Positions 20,701 to 29,277 of a stretch of DNA of 64,000 bases are shown here, in pieces. The notes below the pieces were generated by a model, which had not been told where the DNA came from, ran no database searches, and saw nothing but the letters and a program-made list of their open reading frames with translations. Every line of letters begins with the position of its first letter. The stretch's first letter is position 1. The DNA comes from a virus: IMG/VR virus record IMGVR_UViG_3300028920_000047, positions 1-64,000 of that record, one strand, 5' to 3'. A program made the translations under genes and the position numbers.

Positions 20701-23604
20701 AACAACATGCATTAGTACACCATCAAAAAGTACTTCATCACCTATTGCATCAGTAGCAAGATTTTCCAACTGTTTATTACTAAGGTCTTCAATATAAGTA
20801 AAATTCGGATATTGAGATTTAACCATTTTATAAACTTCTTCTGTAGACACACGTATATTATCTTTCATCGGGTCTATTAAGATAATATTTTCATAATCCT
20901 CGTCCCAATATTCTTCAATGGTTACGTTAACACCCTCGTATTCAATATTTAACCCAATCAAATTATATTTAGTATAAACTTTGTTAGGTAATATTGACGG
21001 AACTGGACTAACTGAAACCTTTTTAGTAGCTGTTTTTAATATTATAGTGCCATATTCTTTTTTATTTAAAAAATCCTCTAACGTTGTACCCTCCACATCT
21101 TTTAAAGCTTTGGCAAAAGGACCTTTCAACTGAGTACTTATTTTTTCATATATTTCCCATATATCCTTTAATTTGGCTTTAAAATCCAAAGCTTTTTTAA
21201 TCCAATTATAACCATTGCCATAATATGATTTAATCTTATTAAAAACTGTATTTGTATTATGCTGTAAATCATATACATGGTCAACAGCTATTATTTTATC
21301 CTGCTCATTATCCGCATCAATTAACATTATTAACCCTTTAGCTATACCACTCCACGCAGCGCCGCCATAGGCCGTGCGCCAGCGAATGTTTCCATAATCG
21401 CCACCAAAATCAAATATATTTGCTATCATATACGCAACTTCTTTAATAGTGGTACCAGTTTTACTCATAGCTGTAACCAATGCCTGATAACTTTTTTTAT
21501 AGGATGATTGATTATCTTTTAAACTTTTTCTTATCCTATCCAGGTCAAACACTATATCATCCGGGTCTTGAGTATAACCACTTATATAATATTGCCAGAA
21601 TTTAGGATTACCATAATTTTTAAACCAGCTACGCAGAAGTTTTTTAGAATTTTCGTCAAACATATGTCTTAGTTCTGCAGAAATGGCAAACAATAAACTC
21701 TTTTTAAACTCCTTTAAATGAAAATCAATTATCGCGTCCTTAGCTTCCTGTAAAGCGGTTCTTAAATCCATGTCGTTTATTGCATTTATATTCAAATAGG
21801 TTAAAGCATAAAAATCAAATAATCTATCCTTCGGGTTATCGGGAACTTTATAAACCCAGTTTGCATATGCTTCTTTAAGTTCCCCAGGTTCCCGACCCGA
21901 CGCAATAAATTGGTTTAGCGCGTCTATCTGGTCAACAAAATTATTATATAATTTAGTAGTGTCCATATATTTATCAATCCAATTATATTTATCAGTTTCA
22001 ATAAATGTTTCTAAGGTCGGTAAAACTACTTCATCAAGAAGAGTATCCGCCCATAAATCAGAATCAATTGCAAAAATCTTACCGTTACTAATCTCACCAG
22101 AACCGGATATCCATTGTGTTGATTCCTCTTCGTAATCAATATGCCCAATAATTTCTTTATAAAAGTCAACATGAATTTTCTCATATGCGTCCCAAACATA
22201 AACCTTTTGATTTCGTAAATCAGCGGCAAACCTTATTTCATATGGCCATCTTAACGATTGTTTCATCATTTTTATAAGCTTTGCTACATCCCGGCTATTT
22301 GGGTTTACAAAAACAGCTACACCATCTTTAAAAGTATTATAATATTTCTCATTTATCCTTTTATTTTTTTCTAACGTCATGGTCGACCAATCGATATATT
22401 TATGTAACCACGGCGGATATAATTCATTATCGTTCATTGTGTGAGAACTAACCATATCAACTTGTATACGGTCTCTATATACCGTCCCGTCAAATAAACA
22501 ATTTGAATCCGATACCGGTATTAAAGCCTTTTCAAAATCTTCATGTAAATGGTCATATCCATCAAACACGTATAGTGTTTGTGCTTCATAATCTATTATA
22601 CCCTTTATCTCATTACTTACAGAATTTTTTCTAAGCTCAATTATATCTTTTTGATTAGGGTTAATAAACACATCTGTCGATTTTCCTTCTGGATTAGTTA
22701 TGGTTTCAAACCACTTTTCATTTATTTTTTTACTCTCTTTTCTAAATCCCTCATCATCAACTTCTTTTTCACCAGGTGGATTGAAATGCCAATCATTTAA
22801 ATACTGGTCAACTGTTTTTAACTTTTTAGCATTTATATCAAGTTGTTTTTCTATTTCCTCATCCGGTACTTCTAAAGGTTCCTCCGTCTCCGGTAATTCC
22901 TCCCCAGGTTCAACCCTCTGTACCTCTTTACCAAAATTTTTCAAATGAAATGATGGTTTAGCACCTTTTATAGAAGCTGCTGTTATTTCTGCTTCAGTAG
23001 GCGGTTCAACTTTTAATTCCCGGTCTGGTGTAGCTGGTGCTTTTTTGTCTATTAAATATTTTCTAATATCATGTGTTATAGTCATCATTACAAATGGTAA
23101 TACTTTTAATACTCTATACAAATGCTTACATACCGTGCCGGCTAATCCAGGATTTCTAACATCGGGAAATCTATCTTCCGGTTCAATACCCGCATCAATA
23201 TTCCATAATATATATTGTGGCCCCCAGTAGAGAAAAGCGGGACAGCTACAATATAATGCAACATCACCAAAAACCAGTAGCCTTATTTTTTCATTAGGTT
23301 TTAATGTATCATCATTCAATATATCTTTTGTTTCTAACAATTCTATCTTCTCTTCATATTTAATACCTTTCTTATACCTGCTATTATCCCCTTCTCTATC
23401 CATACTGGGGGTGATGAAAAGTATTTCAATATTACCATTATCATTTATATAACTTTTTTCATAATAGGTAGGCCAACCATCAACTCTGTCCTCTATTTTT
23501 GTTTTAATAGGCGGAGAGTCATCAGAGTCGGCCAATAATTGTTTAAATGTTATTTCATCTAAACGTTCCTTATGTAAAAAAGCATTTAATGTTTCAGCTA
23601 TCAT
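17773..23604 (-). CDS. 1943-aa polyvalent protein with N-terminal SWIM Zn finger
   Basis: YCSCPAFLYWG...VCKHL (SWIM), internal duplicated domains, YGGAAW...DHVYDLQHNT domain. Confidence 0.75.
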   Translation of the reverse strand: MIAETLNAFLHKERLDEITFKQLLADSDDSPPIKTKIEDRVDGWPTYYEKSYINDNGNIEILFITPSMDREGDNSRYKKGIKYEEKIELLETKDILNDDTLKPNEKIRLLVFGDVALYCSCPAFLYWGPQYILWNIDAGIEPEDRFPDVRNPGLAGTVCKHLYRVLKVLPFVMMTITHDIRKYLIDKKAPATPDRELKVEPPTEAEITAASIKGAKPSFHLKNFGKEVQRVEPGEELPETEEPLEVPDEEIEKQLDINAKKLKTVDQYLNDWHFNPPGEKEVDDEGFRKESKKINEKWFETITNPEGKSTDVFINPNQKDIIELRKNSVSNEIKGIIDYEAQTLYVFDGYDHLHEDFEKALIPVSDSNCLFDGTVYRDRIQVDMVSSHTMNDNELYPPWLHKYIDWSTMTLEKNKRINEKYYNTFKDGVAVFVNPNSRDVAKLIKMMKQSLRWPYEIRFAADLRNQKVYVWDAYEKIHVDFYKEIIGHIDYEEESTQWISGSGEISNGKIFAIDSDLWADTLLDEVVLPTLETFIETDKYNWIDKYMDTTKLYNNFVDQIDALNQFIASGREPGELKEAYANWVYKVPDNPKDRLFDFYALTYLNINAINDMDLRTALQEAKDAIIDFHLKEFKKSLLFAISAELRHMFDENSKKLLRSWFKNYGNPKFWQYYISGYTQDPDDIVFDLDRIRKSLKDNQSSYKKSYQALVTAMSKTGTTIKEVAYMIANIFDFGGDYGNIRWRTAYGGAAWSGIAKGLIMLIDADNEQDKIIAVDHVYDLQHNTNTVFNKIKSYYGNGYNWIKKALDFKAKLKDIWEIYEKISTQLKGPFAKALKDVEGTTLEDFLNKKEYGTIILKTATKKVSVSPVPSILPNKVYTKYNLIGLNIEYEGVNVTIEEYWDEDYENIILIDPMKDNIRVSTEEVYKMVKSQYPNFTYIEDLSNKQLENLATDAIGDEVLFDGVLMHVVDSIDSDPVSGGKVILMTDTDPEGLFITKEARISFFELVELLSKDVNITAPEPEQNVVGKKEEFKVGDKVILKSLSTKNKMAPSTDSIGKIIAIAHDSKSICVEFENYNTGHNGNGLIDINNGKKIVGKDKACWYVNASEIEKISEPDVQSKEEEEQLSDEDIEDIIKNSMGNIIEYNGILMNVDDYDDDYVFLLSDDEEKRAKLSYGEFLTLSLEQNEKNEIMIKDLLKNPFPTAIEEIEEHCGKNVFIHTPTQQEFNKIVEILIDDYEWGWSEAEIDLGDMFNDYKDNTLIKLDIVNFGKLYIGNKPHWAQNKADNFIISAKEFLSNVEKGKSAKEWKNEYYLIFDDKVVTEDNIQTIKNAIKHHELALEVGQIVDGGTKVIVTIDGSKKNDPDWYDEVNDSLRSYCAHNPSLSGHYVGIVSTNRTMDIASFIKKYEDQILEFWHIHDYSNTIEDKMDAIFATANEMSQGLSGTENYKYDKLAALINWPKVKEKTSGGSSTIKDFVMIYGDDILKQYAKIKNVAHAKEKAIYYTASNLNVDISGYSSQELEDAINIINWDSVRKQKGFKKEYEIGDEITIPNMAKYSSEANKPGVVKNVDVNVVKIDTGSSLVDVDIEDLNEQKKLKKEQKHLSPQELWEWTESLDLSTDTGFIKKNWLQRLYKKEAEGYIDEKLLDLIIKTIYRNLSNFINNVKQFKDYYNNLTNEEEREHFNIWEQTYNITSDIKKDNTDMLFSFYDSGPGIILWDNLMYYAKTNKEKMTALDQFINFAHDRIDYGDEWVEGGRQTLDQLSEKKLKKERAATVDFKTLNKIYRDYEMGLMPDKVDLFKIANDLLYYFDDYLQWYKDYPGSIRWDEGEGKVINDFKANRDELSQAIQKNDTNKLSIAIDNAINQVHIDYPVLAHLYMDIETYFDEKYLDDEGNYLIPKEEFEKNLKAAEQHYDEFYRTFARILKMQGKELPKGRAYNKEKRLA

Positions 23605-23650
23605 AATTTAATCCGAATTCATTTTAAATCTGACTCCCTATTTTTTAAAA

Positions 23651-24421
23651 TTATGAGAAATCAAACCCTTCAATACCTAAATTTTGACAAAACTGTTCCC
23701 AGGCCATGACCTCAATTTGTAGTTGTTCATTATCTTCATCCATATCTAATTGGTTTGATAGCTCATCATGAATTTGTTCACATTTATTTTGCACGAACTG
23801 GATACCCTCATCTGTTAAATCATAATAAATATTACCCGCAGCTGATTCTTTCTTTAGCTTCTTTTTACTTTCATTTAATTTTACAACAGATTGAACGGAA
23901 CCTTGACCATAATCCGAATACTCTGAATCAATAATACCAAACAAGGATAAAGTATCACTATCCCCTAAATTATTGATTGCTGTTATCTTTAATATATCAC
24001 CTTCGTTTTGTACGTCTTCAATTTCTATACCATACTCACTTGAAGCATATCTTAACGCCTTTTCTAAGTCCTGTGAAGCCGTTTCCTTTGCCCGGATTGT
24101 GATTAAAACTTTGTCACCTTTATTTAGTGGTACATTTTCCGGCTCAGTTCCATTACTTGAAATTTCATTTTTAGTATTTTTCGACTCAGCCATAGGAACA
24201 ATTTCTAAATTATCAAATAAATATGTCCAAATAGTTTGATTTTGAGCTGCTAAATCATCTTCAAAATTTGTTAAAAACTCATCAATTATTTCGTCCTTCT
24301 CCGCTGCGTCTGTAACTACTTCAGGAAAAGAAACAGAAAGTTTAAATTTCTTTCTATCTTGTTCCTTTTTAATCTTCTTTTCCTCGTTAAACTTTTTCAT
24401 AAATTCTTTTTCACTACTCAT
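23651..24421 (-). CDS. Acidic putative head-cargo protein
   Basis: Leader KEFMKKFNE; KKIKKEQ and KKLKKES motifs. Confidence 0.6.
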   Translation of the reverse strand: MSSEKEFMKKFNEEKKIKKEQDRKKFKLSVSFPEVVTDAAEKDEIIDEFLTNFEDDLAAQNQTIWTYLFDNLEIVPMAESKNTKNEISSNGTEPENVPLNKGDKVLITIRAKETASQDLEKALRYASSEYGIEIEDVQNEGDILKITAINNLGDSDTLSLFGIIDSEYSDYGQGSVQSVVKLNESKKKLKKESAAGNIYYDLTDEGIQFVQNKCEQIHDELSNQLDMDEDNEQLQIEVMAWEQFCQNLGIEGFDFS

Positions 24422-24433
24422 TTTAAAATCCTC

Positions 24434-25591
24434 CTACATACTTACATACCAATAAATATTATCTTCGTTCAAATATTTATTAACCACGTATAACATTTTA
24501 TCATAAGTTATATCATTTAAATTATCATATACACTCCAATAATCAGGCCGCAAAAATTTATCAATATGTTTATATCTTTCTATTTCATATATTTGATGCT
24601 GAATCTTAACCGATTCCTTAAACCCGTCAAAACTCTTTTCACTTATTTCACATTTTTTAAAAACCTTTAGTGTATCATCTATTAAATTATTTAAATTTTC
24701 TTTTGCTGTTGTTGTACCAAGTATTGTTAACATCTTATTTCCCAACCATAAACAATTAAGACCAATACTATAAACATACTGCTTCTCTTCACGAAGTTTT
24801 TTGTATAAAGGAGATTTTAACCCATCGACCATCATTTCACAAGCTGTTCGCAGTACTGCCACCTCATTTTTAAGTGGATTTTGTTTTAAAATGGCGTGTA
24901 TATTAGCATTACCGTCGTTTATTTTGTTTTTAACCTGGTGAATATGCGATTTAACAGCTTTAAATTGTAAATCAACTGTTTGATGTAGGTTAGCTTGATT
25001 TTCGTGAAATTTCAAAGATTTTAAAGGTATTTCAAAGGGTTTATTTGTGACAAACACTATCTTAGGATTGTTATGTTGGTCTTGCCAAAAATTTTCTACT
25101 TGTTCAAACTTAAAATTAGTTATATCATCAATATTACCTATCTCACTATGATAATCCAAATAATACTTTAACATATCATAATAGTTTATATGACTAAACG
25201 ATGAGTAGCTATCAAAATATTCCTGCATTACAATCTTTTTCTCCCGGTTAAAAATATCCTGATTGGGTTTAAACTTAAAAATATTATTAACAAACTTTTC
25301 TATAAATGTATTTACCTTTTCATTTAGACCCACCAAATGATAAACTATTTCTGTTTGACTGGTATAAGCATTAGCACTAATCGCATTATGATTAAAATCA
25401 TCAAACAACATTTCATTTTGATAATAGGTTAAATGCTCAAGTAAATGGCTAATACCCCTAAATCCTTTTTGTTCATTTAATGTTGAACCGGGAAAACTAA
25501 TATAAACCCCGCTCATATCGGTTTTACTTGGAACAACCAATACTATATCGTTTTGTTCCTTATTAAATTGTTCAAAATACTTTTTAATCAT
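24434..25591 (-). CDS. M16 (insulinase-family) zinc metallopeptidase
   Basis: GISHLLEH (HxxEH), NAYTS, REKKIVMQE, SPLYKKLREEK..VYSI. Confidence 0.9.
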   Translation of the reverse strand: MIKKYFEQFNKEQNDIVLVVPSKTDMSGVYISFPGSTLNEQKGFRGISHLLEHLTYYQNEMLFDDFNHNAISANAYTSQTEIVYHLVGLNEKVNTFIEKFVNNIFKFKPNQDIFNREKKIVMQEYFDSYSSFSHINYYDMLKYYLDYHSEIGNIDDITNFKFEQVENFWQDQHNNPKIVFVTNKPFEIPLKSLKFHENQANLHQTVDLQFKAVKSHIHQVKNKINDGNANIHAILKQNPLKNEVAVLRTACEMMVDGLKSPLYKKLREEKQYVYSIGLNCLWLGNKMLTILGTTTAKENLNNLIDDTLKVFKKCEISEKSFDGFKESVKIQHQIYEIERYKHIDKFLRPDYWSVYDNLNDITYDKMLYVVNKYLNEDNIYWYVSM

Positions 25592-25596
25592 TTTAC

Positions 25597-25713
25597 TTAT
25601 AGTCCTAATAATTGTTTAGCTTTATCAAATCCTACCCACATACCTTCAGTATCATGACCACGGTCAGTCAAAGTTTGTTTAGCTATTTGTATTATATCAA
25701 TTTCGCCACTCAT
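25597..25713 (-). CDS. Small 38-aa ORF (not in ORF track)
   Basis: MSGEIDIIQIAKQTLTDRGHDTEGMWVGFDKAKQLLGL, with GGAGG upstream. Confidence 0.55.
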   Translation of the reverse strand: MSGEIDIIQIAKQTLTDRGHDTEGMWVGFDKAKQLLGL

Positions 25714-25717
25714 TTGT

Positions 25718-26131
25718 TTAAAACCTCCATCCTAAAGATAGTGACGGCATTACTTTTTCTGAATTTATATCTAAAGCCGTAGCCACATATAAACTATCAC
25801 TTAAATAAGTATTAAATTTTAATCTACCGGAAAACTGGTATTCGGTTGAATAACCTATCCCCGGGAAAAATAATATATCCACATTTTCAATTTCTATAGG
25901 AACGGTTATAGCTGCATACAAACTAATATTATCCCGATAATTATACTGAAGCGCTCCCTTTAGTCCCAAAACATTTAAAGATGATTCAACCATTACATTG
26001 TTGTATTTATACCCAGCCTCAAAATTTATAGCTGCGTACCAAAAATCTGCATAACCATGAGCATATAAAGAATTAGTATATATAGTTATACTCAGAACTG
26101 TTAAAAAAATTATTAACCATACTTTTTTCAT
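25718..26131 (-). CDS. Secreted small beta-barrel outer-membrane-like protein (start revised to 26131)
   Basis: AAGGAG RBS, signal peptide MKKVWLIIFLTVLSITIYTNSLYA, amphipathic strands, C-terminal SLSLGWRF. Confidence 0.65.
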   Translation of the reverse strand: MKKVWLIIFLTVLSITIYTNSLYAHGYADFWYAAINFEAGYKYNNVMVESSLNVLGLKGALQYNYRDNISLYAAITVPIEIENVDILFFPGIGYSTEYQFSGRLKFNTYLSDSLYVATALDINSEKVMPSLSLGWRF

Positions 26132-26156
26132 TTTTATGTTCTCCTTATTTATAATA

Positions 26157-27116
26157 TTATCCTCTCGCTTTACTTGATAAGGCAATTGGTTGCCTCTCTC
26201 TAAACTCTTCCTCAAGTTCCTTTTTTAATGTATAACCCTGGTCTTCTAATCGTGGCCCACCTACTTTTAAGTCAACCGCTTCACTTTTTAATAATATTCT
26301 ACCTTCTTTTATCATAGTTAATATTGATGCATACCGTAAAATAAAATCCACATCATCTTCAAACACTATTTCCATATCATTAGCAAAGGTATATCCATAA
26401 ATATATCTTATAAAAAGTTTACTGGTGCCGGTAGGGGCTCTATGGATTAATAAATAATCACCATAGTGGTCAAAGTCTAACAATAAACTTGCCCATTTTC
26501 GCATTGCTTGATGAGTTCTTTTTAATATTAAATGGTCAATAAAGTTTACATCTATATAGTTAACACCAAGTAGTTGTGCTCGTAAATCCGTTGCCCAAAT
26601 TGATACTTTCTGGTCCGGATATACTTTTACTACTTTAGTAATTTTATAGGGAGCGTCAGGAGTAGGAAGGGTTAACTTCTCTTCACCATTAAAATCTTTT
26701 TCTATATAATGGGTATTACCATTATATTTATTAAAAAATCTTAAAGCATCTTTTATACTATAAATTATCCCCTCAATACTTTTATCAGTAGAATAATCAG
26801 CAGTAACCGCCTCACTGGTTACTGCGGCAAAACTTACGTTATAATCACCGGTTATATAATCAATAGTATTAACACCACTTTCATCAACATCCCCAATTAA
26901 ATTACCATTACCATCATCCGTTACTGTTTGAGTACTACCTTCTTTTATGGTAACACCATTTATCTCAACCGGATAATAAGTAAAAGTGCCGGAATAATCA
27001 GCAACCCCGGCACTTCCAATTGCTTCATCAGCTACCTCAGAGGATTCGTCTCCTTCAATTAGAGGTATAGGTTTAAACTGTGCTTGTATATACTTTATTA
27101 TTTCCAATAAAGTCAT
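26157..27116 (-). CDS. Neck / head-tail adaptor (gp13-like) with inserted beta domain
   Basis: IKDALRFFNKY...FILRYA...EGRIL...GGPRLEDQG..LKKELEEE; downstream of the capsid gene. Confidence 0.65.
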   Translation of the reverse strand: MTLLEIIKYIQAQFKPIPLIEGDESSEVADEAIGSAGVADYSGTFTYYPVEINGVTIKEGSTQTVTDDGNGNLIGDVDESGVNTIDYITGDYNVSFAAVTSEAVTADYSTDKSIEGIIYSIKDALRFFNKYNGNTHYIEKDFNGEEKLTLPTPDAPYKITKVVKVYPDQKVSIWATDLRAQLLGVNYIDVNFIDHLILKRTHQAMRKWASLLLDFDHYGDYLLIHRAPTGTSKLFIRYIYGYTFANDMEIVFEDDVDFILRYASILTMIKEGRILLKSEAVDLKVGGPRLEDQGYTLKKELEEEFRERQPIALSSKARG

Positions 27117-27562
27117 TATTCACCATCCGGTTTATTATTATCTTCTTTATTAAGTTCTTTTTGAACTTGTTCAAACCTGGCAACCAAAGCATTAATTAAA
27201 ACACTTTTTTTAACCTTATTATCATATTTAACACCAGCTTTATCAGCCAGGGTTTTCAGCTCATCAACATTAAAATTATTTTCTAAATGCTCAGCGGGAC
27301 TAATCTCTTCGGCTTTTTTGGCCTTTGGTGTGAGCTTTATTGGTTTGGGTACATGAAGTACAGACGAAACTTCACCAGCCTGGGTTTGATATGTTTGACC
27401 TGGATAAATTGTTATAATCTCTCGATTTGTTCGAACTATTTTTGTTTGGCTATATTTCTCACCGTCACATGTAATAGCCTGCGCCTTGTGCCACTTACGT
27501 GCTTCCTTAGCATTTTTCTCCTTTTGTGTAGTAATAACTTTTTCACTAATTTTTCTTGGCAA
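27116..27562 (-). CDS. Protein with C-terminal HeH/Rho-N-like motif
   Basis: FNVDELKTLADKAGVKY..KVKKSVLINAL; TTG start with strong RBS. Confidence 0.6.
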   Translation of the reverse strand: MPRKISEKVITTQKEKNAKEARKWHKAQAITCDGEKYSQTKIVRTNREIITIYPGQTYQTQAGEVSSVLHVPKPIKLTPKAKKAEEISPAEHLENNFNVDELKTLADKAGVKYDNKVKKSVLINALVARFEQVQKELNKEDNNKPDGE

Positions 27563-27592
27563 CTTTAACTACCTCCTCTTTCCTTGATATCT

Positions 27593-27629
27593 AAAAAAGG
27601 AAAGGGTGGCCTGTTAAATCGACCACCCT
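27593..27629 (-). terminator. Intrinsic terminator after major capsid gene
   Basis: AGGGTGG...CCACCCT stem followed by TTCCTTTTTT on the minus strand. Confidence 0.75.
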
Positions 27630-27659
27630 ATCTCAAAAACAAAAAACACACAAAGGTTT

Positions 27660-29156
27660 TTAACTGTAATTACTTATAGCAAATTTACCAAACATTTTAT
27701 CGTTAATCATCTTAAATTTACCCTTCGAGGCAATACCTCTACGATATTTCATATCATCCGGGAATAATATTGGGTCAGTGATAAACAGTGGTAAATAATT
27801 GGCCCAAACAGCGCCAGCTTCTAACCAGTTGTCACCCTTAAAGTTAATAAACGCTTTATCACTATTAGGTGAACCAGCAGTAGTAAACGCGGGTACCTTG
27901 TAAACCTTAAATTTATTTAGAAAAGTACCGATATAATGAGGACCGGTTGGCACACGGTCAGAAGTTAAAGCGGATTTAAACATTGTATCGGGTAAACTTT
28001 CTAAAATGGTACAAATATTAACACCGGCTGCAATTCTGTTACCGGTAGCTTTCTGAGTACCTGATAAAATTTTATTACTGGCTTCCAGTATCTTTCGAGC
28101 AATAGCCTGGAACTGCCAAATTTCAGGAACATTACTAATAGCTGTACAGTCAAAAGTAGTAGTAGATAATCCAGCACCATTATAACAACTTTCTAAAATT
28201 AAAGTATCAATTGCAGCTCTAATTGTAGCAGTCATTGAAGCTAACAATTCCTGACCTGAATCCTTCCCATGAGCTTTCATCAAATCATAAGCGGAATCGA
28301 AAGACCAAATAGCCTTCAATTTGAAATCTTCAACTTCAACTAACTCGTAACCAACATCCCAAACAACTGTTCCGATATTATCGGGAGCTGTTTCAAAATT
28401 GGTACGGTAAGTAGCGGTAACACTGGCGGTTGTGATAGCATTAAAATTAAAACTCAAAGCACCGGTTGTATAATTGATTGTACCGCCCGGGTCAACGTCG
28501 CCCTCCATTACTCCGGCACCATCGTCGGTAGCAACCAGAGTACCATCAGTAACCGTTATAGACGATGCTCGAACCGGTATTTGTAACAACGCGCCTGAAT
28601 TTGAACCGGCAACACCTTTAGTTCCAAGTGTGTTAGTACAGGGCTCGCCCTGTAACTGTTCAGAAGGATACCAATATTTGATATCCGGACCTGTTTTGTA
28701 ATGAAATAAAGAATCATCAGCAGTAACCGAGCCTCGGGTAGAACCATAAAGAATGTTCATATAATAAATTTCAGCACTACGTCTATCAATAGTCTGAAAA
28801 TTTATTATTTCCGGAGCAATAAGGTTAGGTAATAAAGCAGATATAACCTGGAAACCGTATTTGATAAAAGATGCAATATCAGTAGTTACGTTATACTCAT
28901 TAGCTTCAGTAAACATACCAATACCACGTTTAAATCTTTCACTGCAAACAAAGTCTTCCAGATTTTCCAATGATTGAGCAATATCCATTTTCATTCTGTT
29001 GGTAAATGTTTTACTGGTACCTCTGTTTAAATGCTCAAATACCTCTTTAGCGGTTCCAACATATCTACCCCATTTCTTATTTGCTAAGTACAATGCTCGT
29101 TTATCACGCTGTTCAATCTTCTCCATTATAATCTGTTCTTTTGTCTTGCTTGGCAT
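27660..29156 (-). CDS. Major capsid protein (T4 gp23-like); likely start 29156
   Basis: PNLIAPEIINFQ, KLKAIWSF..AYDLMKAHGKD..QEL...IRAAID, EAGAVWANYLPL. GGAGG precedes MPSKT. Confidence 0.92.
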   Translation of the reverse strand: MPSKTKEQIIMEKIEQRDKRALYLANKKWGRYVGTAKEVFEHLNRGTSKTFTNRMKMDIAQSLENLEDFVCSERFKRGIGMFTEANEYNVTTDIASFIKYGFQVISALLPNLIAPEIINFQTIDRRSAEIYYMNILYGSTRGSVTADDSLFHYKTGPDIKYWYPSEQLQGEPCTNTLGTKGVAGSNSGALLQIPVRASSITVTDGTLVATDDGAGVMEGDVDPGGTINYTTGALSFNFNAITTASVTATYRTNFETAPDNIGTVVWDVGYELVEVEDFKLKAIWSFDSAYDLMKAHGKDSGQELLASMTATIRAAIDTLILESCYNGAGLSTTTFDCTAISNVPEIWQFQAIARKILEASNKILSGTQKATGNRIAAGVNICTILESLPDTMFKSALTSDRVPTGPHYIGTFLNKFKVYKVPAFTTAGSPNSDKAFINFKGDNWLEAGAVWANYLPLFITDPILFPDDMKYRRGIASKGKFKMINDKMFGKFAISNYS

Positions 29157-29277
29157 GATAAAAAAATCCTCCATTAAAAAATTTTAAAACATTTGATTTT
29201 TTCACTACTACCTATGTAGCTCCGGAAAAGATTTATAAAGCATGAACAGATTGTTTTATTACTTGTGTAATCGCTTC

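Noticed and set aside
5501-26153. T4-type late promoters (TATAAATA) at 5501-5508 and 26146-26153
   Set aside because: Expected by chance in such AT-rich DNA, and not consistently present upstream of major late genes.
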